DNA from: Myxococcota bacterium
GTDB taxonomy: Bacteria > Myxococcota_A > Polyangia > Nannocystales > Nannocystaceae
Length of the DNA stretch: 64,000 nucleotides
Assembly (NCBI GenBank): GCA_039028615.1
Contig: JBCCHT010000058.1
Location: 10,268-74,267 of the forward strand
Reading direction: 5' to 3'
The stretch's first letter is position 1; each line of letters starts with the position of its first letter. Below are positions 42,035 to 50,900 of this stretch, piece by piece. Below the pieces are notes generated by a model. It ran no database searches. It saw only the letters and a list, made by a program, of their open reading frames with translations, and had not been told where the DNA came from. The translations under genes and the position numbers were made by a program.

Positions 42035-43390
42035 ATGAAGGTGGTGGGGTGGTCGATCGTTCCTTTGCTCTTGGTTGCATGCTCGATGGGGCTCGATAAC
42101 GACCCTCATCAAAGCCACGGTCTGGGCGAGGAGACCGACGGCGCGACCACGGAGCCCGCCGAGGCCACCGACGGCTTCGAGGACACCGACGGCAGCGGCT
42201 CGAGCACGACCGGCATCGACGATTCCTCGGCTACCGCGAGCACGACCAGCGACGACGGCACGACGACCGACGGAGACGGCACCGAGGGCGGGGTGGATTG
42301 CTCCGACCTGTGGCGAACGGAGCGATCGGACGGCCGGCTGCGCGATCTGGTGCTCGACGAAACAGCAGGGGTGCTGCACTTGATCGGCAACCGCGAGTCG
42401 GGCGAGCCGTGGGCCATGACCCTCGATGCCTGCGATGGCTCGGTGCTCGCCGACGTCGACGTCGTCCACGACGGCGGCACCAATGCCCGCCTCGACAGCC
42501 TGCTGCTGCACGACGGCTCGCTCTTCGCCGCGGGCTCGGTGCCGCTGGCCGACGATCCGCGCAACGGCCTGCTCGTGCGCCTCGATCCCACCGACCTCGG
42601 TGCCGTGTACACCACCCCGCTGTACGGCTCGCCCAACCTCGACGAGCTGCTCGACATCACCGTCAGCACCAGCGGCCGGCTGTGGATGGTGGGCACGACG
42701 CAGTACGACATGAACCCGGGGGCCTGGACGGTCAGCGCCCAGACCGACGGGACCGCGTGTGGCTTCAACTGGATGGGCTCGGGGTCGGGCACCAACCGGG
42801 CGGTGGGGGCCGATGGCGACCAGATCGTCGTGGCCACCCGCACCACCGACGGGCAGCTCGTGCTGCTCCGCTACGCTCAGGACTGCGCCTGCACCTGTCT
42901 GCCCACCTGGGAATCGGACCCCATCGAGATCGGCGCCGCGGAGACCAACATCGGCGACCTGGTGGTGATCGGCGGGCAGTACTACGTGGCTGGCTGGGCC
43001 AACGACAGCGCGCTGCCCGATCAGATCTTCGGCTATGCCGCATGGGTGAGTTCGACGGGCGCGCTGATCGAGGACTACCGGGCCAATCCCAGCGGGCAGG
43101 GTGACGGGTTCTTCGCCGCGGGCACGGATGGTGAGCGGTTGTTCCTCAGCGGGGCCCAGGGCTGGTCCGGGGCGGCTGGGTTGGCGGGCACCAGTGCTCT
43201 GCTGCAGGCGCTTCCCGTGTCCTTCGGCCCGGGCGTGGCGGCCGAGTGGGAGGCCAGCCCCATGGGCGTGGGTTACATCGACGGCATGGGCATCGACAGC
43301 GCCGCCGACGGGTCGATCTACCTCGGCGGCAACGTCGACGGGGGCGATGGCATCGTGGTTCGCTGCGACAAGCTCGGCATCTGCGGCTGA
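42035..43390 (+). CDS. Beta-propeller-like lipoprotein
   Basis: Lipobox LVAC, T/D/G stalk, beta-strand-rich repeats. Confidence 0.75.
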   Translation: MKVVGWSIVPLLLVACSMGLDNDPHQSHGLGEETDGATTEPAEATDGFEDTDGSGSSTTGIDDSSATASTTSDDGTTTDGDGTEGGVDCSDLWRTERSDGRLRDLVLDETAGVLHLIGNRESGEPWAMTLDACDGSVLADVDVVHDGGTNARLDSLLLHDGSLFAAGSVPLADDPRNGLLVRLDPTDLGAVYTTPLYGSPNLDELLDITVSTSGRLWMVGTTQYDMNPGAWTVSAQTDGTACGFNWMGSGSGTNRAVGADGDQIVVATRTTDGQLVLLRYAQDCACTCLPTWESDPIEIGAAETNIGDLVVIGGQYYVAGWANDSALPDQIFGYAAWVSSTGALIEDYRANPSGQGDGFFAAGTDGERLFLSGAQGWSGAAGLAGTSALLQALPVSFGPGVAAEWEASPMGVGYIDGMGIDSAADGSIYLGGNVDGGDGIVVRCDKLGICG

Positions 43391-43447
43391 GAGCGGGACC
43401 GGCCGGGCTATCGACGGCGCGCGTGCGCGGTGCGATAAGTTCGGCGC

Positions 43448-44458
43448 GTGCGGAGGGCGAACACCCAGGTGCGAGCGGTCGACCGCGATGCACCCGAAGC
43501 GAGCGTGCTCGCGGAAGCAGCCGAGGTCATCGGCCGCGGGGGCGTGGTGGCCTTCGCCACGGAGACGGTCTACGGCCTGGGTGCCGACGCGACCTCCGAA
43601 GATGCGGTGCGCAGCATCTTCGAGGCCAAAGGGCGGCCCTCCGACAACCCGCTGATCGTGCACGTCGCCAGCGTCGAGATGGCTCGGCGCTACGCGAGTC
43701 GATGGCCCGAGACGGCCGAGCGCTTGGCCGCAAAGGTCTGGCCCGGCCCCGTGACGCTGGTGGTGCCCAAAAACGAGATCATCGCCTCTGTCGTCACGGG
43801 AGGGCTCGATACCGTCGGGCTGCGCGTGCCTGCGACCGCGGTGGCGCGGGGGCTCATCGAGGCGGCCGGGGTACCGCTGGCCGCGCCCAGTGCCAACCGT
43901 TCGGAGCACGTCTCGCCCACCACCGCGGCCCATGTGCAGGCCGACCTCGACGGGCACATCGAGATGGTGCTCGACAGCGGGGCGTGCGAAGTGGGGATCG
44001 AGTCCACCGTGCTCGACCTGTGCGGGCCGACGCCGCGAGTGCTGCGGCCGGGACCCTTGGGCGCCGACGAGCTGGCCACGCTGCTCGAGCAGGACGTCGT
44101 CGAAGGGGCATCCGATGGCCCCGCGCGCAGCCCCGGGCAGCGGGCGAAGCACTACGCGCCCGAGGCCACCGCGCTGCGGGTCGAGACGCTCGAAGACTTG
44201 GTCGCTCTGCAGCCTGGGCCCGCCGACGCCGTGCTCTGGGTGGGGCGCAGCGAGGCGCAGGAGCCCGCAGGGCAGGCCGTGGAGGCGGGCACGACCCTCG
44301 TGCTGCCCGACGTCGAGACCGCGGCACGGCGGCTCTACGCCGCGTTGCGGGGTTTCGACGATGCCGGGGTCCAGCGGATCGTCGTCGTCATGCCGCCGCC
44401 CTCACCCCCCTGGCGGGCGGTGAGGGATCGCTTGGTCCGAGCGACGATCGAGGGCTAG
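43448..44458 (+). CDS. tsaC: L-threonylcarbamoyladenylate synthase (Sua5 type)
   Basis: TETVYGLGAD, KGRPSDNPLIVH, WPGP, AAPSAN, GIESTV, SPG..KHYAP, C-terminal SUA5 domain. Confidence 0.93.
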   Translation: MRRANTQVRAVDRDAPEASVLAEAAEVIGRGGVVAFATETVYGLGADATSEDAVRSIFEAKGRPSDNPLIVHVASVEMARRYASRWPETAERLAAKVWPGPVTLVVPKNEIIASVVTGGLDTVGLRVPATAVARGLIEAAGVPLAAPSANRSEHVSPTTAAHVQADLDGHIEMVLDSGACEVGIESTVLDLCGPTPRVLRPGPLGADELATLLEQDVVEGASDGPARSPGQRAKHYAPEATALRVETLEDLVALQPGPADAVLWVGRSEAQEPAGQAVEAGTTLVLPDVETAARRLYAALRGFDDAGVQRIVVVMPPPSPPWRAVRDRLVRATIEG

Positions 44459-44467
44459 AGGCGCGGG

Positions 44468-45226
44468 CTAGATCGGCGCGGCGTCCCAGGTTCCGTTGCA
44501 GCCGAACCCAGGGCAGGTCCAGGTGCCCATCACGTTGAGCATCGCGTCGAACTGCCCTTCGAAGTCGCAGGCCCCGACCAATGCACCCATGGCGGTGGAG
44601 GTGAGCATGCCCATGTCGTCGACGTCTCCGGAGAGGGGTCCCGAATCCAAGCCCGCAAACGAGCCCATCAGCGAGCCGTCGGCCGCGACGCTGAACTCCA
44701 GGGTTCCGCCCACCCCGGGAAAGCCCGGGCACGCGCCCGTCCAGTTGCCGTCGTAGTCGCCCTCGTAGGGGCTGGACATCATGCCCGAGGAGCCACCCGT
44801 GTCGGTGGAGCCGCCCGTATCGGTCGAACCGCCGTCGGTGGAGCCGCCCGTATCGGTCGAACCGCCATCGGTGGAGCCGCTGTCCGTCGACTCGTCGCCG
44901 GTCGTGCCCGTCGTGCCGTCGCCGCTGGTCGAGTCGTCGCCCGGTCCTTCGGTGGTGCCGGCCGACACACCCGTGTCGTCCATCCCGCCCCCGGTGCTGT
45001 CGACCCCCGACGTGCTCTTGCCATCGTCGCTGCCCTCGTCCGCACTGGTGGCGCCCGGGTCCGAGCTCGTCACGCCGGGGCTCGAGGTCGCGGCCCCGTC
45101 GGTGCTGGTCGAGCCGTTCGCCGACGAGGCTCCGGGCGCGATCCCATCGTCGCTGCATCCCACCGTCGCGAAGCTCATGGCGGTCACCGCCATGCCGATC
45201 GTCAAGAGTTCAGTCCAAGTCTTCAT
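44468..45226 (-). CDS. Lipoprotein with GGSTD-repeat stalk and small beta domain
   Basis: VGC-SDD lipobox; GGSTD(T) repeats. Confidence 0.8.
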   Translation of the reverse strand: MKTWTELLTIGMAVTAMSFATVGCSDDGIAPGASSANGSTSTDGAATSSPGVTSSDPGATSADEGSDDGKSTSGVDSTGGGMDDTGVSAGTTEGPGDDSTSGDGTTGTTGDESTDSGSTDGGSTDTGGSTDGGSTDTGGSTDTGGSSGMMSSPYEGDYDGNWTGACPGFPGVGGTLEFSVAADGSLMGSFAGLDSGPLSGDVDDMGMLTSTAMGALVGACDFEGQFDAMLNVMGTWTCPGFGCNGTWDAAPI

Positions 45227-45411
45227 GGGTCCAGCCTACTATCTCGTTCGACGTACCGGGAGTCCCGTTGCAGCGTCCGTCCCGCGCGAATGGCAACAAA
45301 GCCGCGGCCCCAGCCGGGCAATCCGACCAATGATCGCCGTCCATGGCCGATGGCCGAATGTGGGCCGATCGCAGTCGCGCCCACGGGATCGGTGCGGATA
45401 GACTCCCGCGG

Positions 45412-46584
45412 GTGACGCCAGAGGAGATCGGTCAGCTTCAGCACCAGCTGCACCTGATGCAGCAGGAGAACGAGCTGCTTCGCCAGCAGCTAGGTCAACA
45501 CGAGCAGACGAAGCAGACCCGAGCCGATCGGCGCAACAAGGTCGTGCGGGGTAGCGGCCGACTGCTGATTCCGCTGCTCGACCGCCACAAGGTCGTGCGC
45601 TCCTTCGGCTCCCTGGCCGAGACCGCGGCCGACTTCTCGGGTCCGCGCGATGCCTGGCCCGAGCGCGACCGCCTGCTTGCCGACGCCCGGGGCTTCCTCG
45701 AGGCCCTCGTGCGCTTCGCCGTGCGGCGACGGACCCTGCTGCTCGTCTTCTCGCTGCTCGCCTCGCTGATCCCCATCATTCAGATCTGGCTGGTCGTCCA
45801 GCAAAACGAGATCATCCGCAACCAGAACGAGTTCTTCGAGATCCAGGTCTACGACATCGTGGCCCGCTCGATGACCCAGGGCGATCGCAACGCCCGGCTG
45901 ATGACCGGCGCCCTGCTCTCCCGCGCCGAGCCGGCGTTCCTCGCGGGCGTCATCGAGGAATCCTTCGAGCCCAACGTCACCGGTCTGTTCCGTGCCGAAG
46001 CCGTCGAGGCCCGCACCCGCCGGCTCGAGGACGCCGCCTTCCGCGGCTACCTCGCCCAAGCCGTCGTGCGCAACGTGCAGAAGCAGGTGAGCGCCAAGGG
46101 CGTGACCGCCGAAGTCACCCTCCAGTCGGTGCCCATGCTGCGCTCCATCGTGCGAGACGCGGGCGATCGCGTCTACCAGGTGCTGCGCCTCGGCGAGAAC
46201 GCCAAGGGCGTCGACGACGAGCTCGCCGAGCAGGTCGACGGCTACCTCGTCAAGGCGGGCGAGGCCATGCGGGTCTACGCCCGGCTGGCCCGAGACAAGG
46301 GCACGATCGAAGAGTTCTACAAGGACATCGAGCCCTACTTGCGGCGCGTCTCCGGCCTCTCGCTCGAGGGCAACCACTTCCGCAAGGCCCACGTGTTCGC
46401 CCTCGAAGCGCTGCTCTTCGAACTCGCGGCCGAGCCCGAGCCCGGCGATCCCGAGGTCGACCTGCAAAAAGCCGGGCTCACCCCCGAGGAGGCGCATGCC
46501 AAGGGCCTGGAAGCCCTCAAGAGCGGTGTTGGTGGTGACGACGTCGACTGGGACGGCCTCGCCAAGCAAATGGAGCCCTCGTGA
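45412..46584 (+). CDS. Hypothetical single-pass membrane protein with N-terminal coiled coil
   Basis: Q/L/E-rich N-terminus, TM LLLVFSLLASLIPIIQIWLVV, GTGA overlap with the next gene. Confidence 0.75.
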   Translation: MTPEEIGQLQHQLHLMQQENELLRQQLGQHEQTKQTRADRRNKVVRGSGRLLIPLLDRHKVVRSFGSLAETAADFSGPRDAWPERDRLLADARGFLEALVRFAVRRRTLLLVFSLLASLIPIIQIWLVVQQNEIIRNQNEFFEIQVYDIVARSMTQGDRNARLMTGALLSRAEPAFLAGVIEESFEPNVTGLFRAEAVEARTRRLEDAAFRGYLAQAVVRNVQKQVSAKGVTAEVTLQSVPMLRSIVRDAGDRVYQVLRLGENAKGVDDELAEQVDGYLVKAGEAMRVYARLARDKGTIEEFYKDIEPYLRRVSGLSLEGNHFRKAHVFALEALLFELAAEPEPGDPEVDLQKAGLTPEEAHAKGLEALKSGVGGDDVDWDGLAKQMEPS

Positions 46585-47903
46585 GCATGGCCGTGCGTTC
46601 CTTCGGTTACGGCCTGCTCCTCCTGACCGCCGGCCTGCTTGCCTGCACCCCCAAAGCGGGGGGCACCACCGTCACGCCGCAGCCGCAGCCCGAGCCCGAA
46701 CCACAGCCGGCCGTCGTCGAGGCCTTGGGTGACGAGGCCTTCGTGCAGGCCCGAGGCTCGGGGGCGACCGAGCAGGAGGCCTACGCGGCCGCCACCGCGT
46801 CGCTCGCCGAGGCCCTATTCGGCGACGCCCGCTGGGCCACGCTCGTGCCTCTCACCGTCCACGGACCCGATGCCGACCTCATGCACGCGGGCCGCACCGC
46901 CGAGGGCTTCGAGGCCGTCGTCGGCCTTACCCGTGCCCGTGCGGCTGGAGTCCTGTCCGCCTTCGAGCACGGCGAAGTCACCTTCGAAGGTCCCGCCGTC
47001 TGGCGTGATGCCGTGCTCGCCTATCGCCGGGCCCACGTCGCCGCTCAGGCCTGTGCCCGCCGCGTCGAGCTGTTCGAATCCGAGTGCTCCATCGAGACCG
47101 CCGATGCCGATGCCGCCGTCGCGCGCTTGGGCGAGGGCTTGGTGCTCGTGTCAGCCCACGACGGTGGCGTCCCCGTCACTGCCGATGGACACCTGCTGCG
47201 GACCCCCGCCGTCGTCGCCATCTGGGGCGGCGTGCCCGTGGCCGACCTCCCGCTGGTCGTCACCGCACCGCCCGAGCTTGCGTGGGTCCAGCCTCAGCTC
47301 AAGACCGATCTCGCCGGCGGAGCCGTCCTCGGCCAACCCGAGCCCCAGCCCGCCACCTGGGCTCCCGTCACCGTTCGCGTCGATGGCCAGGCCCTGCTCG
47401 GCCCCGCGGGCGCCGAGATCTTCAAGACCGAGCTCGCCCTCGAGCCTCGCTCCGTCGGTCCTCGTCGTTGGACCCTCGCCCTCGACGGCGGCAAGACCCA
47501 GGGCGCCGACGAGGCCCGCAGCGTCATTCGCAATCTCATGGGTGAAGCCGGCTACGGCGATCCCGTCTCCATCGGGGCCGGCCCCGCCAGTGCCCTCACC
47601 CAGGCTCCCGCCACCAAGCGTGAAGCCGAAGCGCTCGCCCTGGGCGATGCCATGGGCGGCCGCCTCGACGTCGTCCTCGTGCTGACCTACGGCACCCGCT
47701 TCGCCAGCCGCATGGGCGGCAGCCGGGTCTGGTACGAAGCCGAAGGCGAGCTGGACGTCCGCGATGTCTGGACCGGCAAGACCCTTGCCACCGCGAAGCG
47801 GAAGATCGAAGCCGACGGCGTCGGCGAAGCGCGAGCCGACAAGGCGGCGCGGCGGAAGCTGGCCAAGACGTTGATCGAAGAGGTGCTGGGCAGCCTGCCG
47901 TGA
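46581..47903 (+). CDS. Hypothetical lipoprotein
   Basis: Lipobox LLAC; coupled to the upstream gene. Confidence 0.8.
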   Translation: MSMAVRSFGYGLLLLTAGLLACTPKAGGTTVTPQPQPEPEPQPAVVEALGDEAFVQARGSGATEQEAYAAATASLAEALFGDARWATLVPLTVHGPDADLMHAGRTAEGFEAVVGLTRARAAGVLSAFEHGEVTFEGPAVWRDAVLAYRRAHVAAQACARRVELFESECSIETADADAAVARLGEGLVLVSAHDGGVPVTADGHLLRTPAVVAIWGGVPVADLPLVVTAPPELAWVQPQLKTDLAGGAVLGQPEPQPATWAPVTVRVDGQALLGPAGAEIFKTELALEPRSVGPRRWTLALDGGKTQGADEARSVIRNLMGEAGYGDPVSIGAGPASALTQAPATKREAEALALGDAMGGRLDVVLVLTYGTRFASRMGGSRVWYEAEGELDVRDVWTGKTLATAKRKIEADGVGEARADKAARRKLAKTLIEEVLGSLP

Positions 47904-47965
47904 CCCGCTGTGCTCCTGTTTGCGGGGCGCAGCTCGGTCACGAGGCTTCGACCCCGTTGACCACC

Positions 47966-50900
47966 CTAGCCCGCGTCGACAAGCTGCCTCTCCATTTCCT
48001 TCGCCCTTTGGTAGCACGCGATGCCCAACGCGTGCTCCATATGGAGCGCGCGGTCGTTGAAGTCATCGTCGAGGCAGTGGAGACCTGCGATGAGCTGGTG
48101 ATACTCGCGCTGGCCTTCTACGATGCCGAGCCCGGCACGCAGCTTCCTCAGCGCCTCGTTCGCGAGCGATTCGAGCTCGTCGGAGAGACCCCGAGACGAC
48201 TTCATCCGGCTGAGTACGAAGCCTCCGATCGTCAGTCCCACGGTCATGGGCGAGAAGTGGCCCGGTGAGTCGAACAGTGACTCCAGCCGTAGCAACTCTC
48301 GAGGGTAGCGAAGGTCCGCGGGTGACTGCTCAGCTTTACGCCTCGTCGCGTGATCCACTAGCCCACGGACAGCAACCATACGGTAGTACATCGGATACGG
48401 AAAACGGTCGATCATGTGCTCCAGCACCGTCCGTGGATTCGGCTTGCCAGCGTTAGCCTGCATGATGCCCTGGCCGACGAGCCACTGCCGTATCGTGGCC
48501 CTCGTATCGACATGGTCCCGACTTTTGGTGTCCTCTTCCGCAAGAAGCTCCAGCAGAAACCAAACGACCACCACCGAGATCATCGAGCGGTGGGACCTCC
48601 ACTGCTCCTTTCCGTCGACGAGAGAGCCCGCGACGAGGATGCGCCGTAGGCACCGCCCCAAAGTCGTCTTGGCCACTTCGACCGAGGGACGCAACGCTTG
48701 AGCGAGTTCCCCATTTTGCATCTCCGACGCGGCCGCGAGGCAATAGATCGAGTACGCAAACCGTACTCCGGTTCGCACCATCGTGCTCGCGTCACCATGC
48801 TGCTCCATGACCTCCATGGCGAGTGCGCTGGTCTCATCATATCGATGAAACGTGCCCTCTTTTTCCTGAAGGCAAGGGACCTCCTCGAGAATGAGCTGCG
48901 CCGCGTTCCAGCGCCCCCACTCTTGTCGCGAGCCAATGCCTCTGAGCCACTCGAGGAGGACTGTGATACTGGCGTTCTGAGAGGTGCCGCCGGCCCAGAT
49001 CTCCGGTTCACAGGGATCGAGCTGCGATAGCCACAGCTCGCTCACGGCGACGAGCAGTCTCTCTACGCGAAGCGAGATCGCCCGCGGCAGGACTCCAGAG
49101 GAGTCGAGCGGAGCGCCGAGTTTCTTCTCGCTGCTCATGGCTCGATGCCAGCAGAAGCTCCGGATGTCGTGCATCGCAAGACATGCGTGATAGAGTGCTC
49201 TTTGACGGTATCCGGTCTGTATGCTTCCGGACGCGCCCTTCCAAAAGTAGAGGTCCACTGCCTGCGCATGGACGTCGGACATCGCGAGGGCGAAGTTGGT
49301 GTCTTCCGGCTGACGCGGATCCAGGTAATTCTCGTTGGGGATTTCGCTCCCTTTTTTCACGAAGGGAAGGTCTTTGCGTAGCGCCCGAAGCTCCCTTTCA
49401 ACCATGGAGACGCTGTTCTCCACACCGACCGAGCTCTTCTCCGCGAGCCATGCCTCCGCGAACAGAGGCAGATAAATGATGCGCCAGTGTTTCAGGCTGT
49501 CGATGGCGCTGACCCTCGGGTCTGCTCCGCACAGGTACGCGTCCGACATTCGATTGCCGAGGGTACGGGCATCACGATAGATGCCGATCGCGCGCTCGTG
49601 GTTCTTGGCCCGCTCGTACGTCATCCCGATCTGGAGCATCAGCCGGATTCGTGCGATGCACCATGCGCCCCGGTTCTGGAAGAAGCGACGCTGTGCAGAG
49701 CGCCAGTTCTCCCCTTCGGGCGCGCTCGTACCATGTTGCTCGTCGAGGTAGTCGATCGCCTTCCCATAGTGATAGCGGGCGCGCTCGAACTCTTGGTCGA
49801 AGTCGCAGAGTTCTCCGAGCGCGCTATGAAACTCCTGGAGATGAGCATCGTCGCCTTTCGAGTTCGCGATGCGGGCTCGGTATTGGTCTTTGAGGCGCTG
49901 TGTCTCGTCGAGCGTGAAGTTGTACGACGCCATCTCCGCCTGAGACGCTCGTGAGAGGTACGCGACCTCGGCGGCCATGTCGCTTCGAAAGCGAAAGCTG
50001 TACATTCCGTTCAGGATCGGGTGAAGGTACTCGCCGTTCCAGTCCTCGACGAACTCGGTGACCATGTCTCTGAGGTCTGGGATCCGGTGGATATGCGACA
50101 GCTCCTCCATGCGCTCCAGGCTGCTCCAGGAGAACGCACGCCGATGGAACTTCGTCACGAAGTCGACCAGCTGGAGTAGGGACCGTACGGCCTTATCGTC
50201 ACGGCCGGCCAGTCGTTGCTCGAATCGGTTCGCCAGGCGGCGATAGACCTCCGACGTCATCCCGACCCGAAACCGATCGATGTCGCCGAAATAGAGCACG
50301 TGCGGCCCCGTGAACTGGCCCCAGCGAATGCGTTTGTCGTCGATGATGCGTCCCGCCGAGCGAACGAACCCTTCGAAGAGAGCATCGAGCTGCTTCGGGC
50401 CACCCCGACTGCGAAACGTGAGGTATTCGATGACCTCTCGCCCGAACTCCTCCGACCAGAGTTCCTTTTCGGGGAGGCTGTGCTCATTCGCCTCACGCGG
50501 GCCGACCTCGAGGACACGAAAGTCATTGCTCGTCCCGTCTGCGCCGGCCTCGGTCCGAGCCGACAGCGGCGTTACGACGGGATTTTGTACATAGACTGGC
50601 AGCACGGAGTTGCGATGGCCGAAGACGATGTCATGCCGTTGCTGCCAGTGGCGAGCCCTCTTCGACGATCGGGCCAGCTGTGCCTGCACGTACGCGAGGG
50701 TCCCGTCCGTCATCCTCTTGCCGATGTCGTCGACCAGTAGCGAGGGAATGTAGATCTCCGCGTCGAAGATCGTGCTGAGTAGCGGGCGTTGGGCCGTCCG
50801 ATCGGCGAGCCATTCATCGTGCAGGTTGCGCCCGCCGATGAAGATGAACCGCGCCGGAGCACTCGACATCAGGCCCTTGAGGTTGGCCAGGAGGCGGAGG

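Noticed and set aside
44790..44880. 33-bp tandem DNA repeat
   Set aside because: Explained by the coding GGSTD(T) stalk repeats of the lipoprotein.
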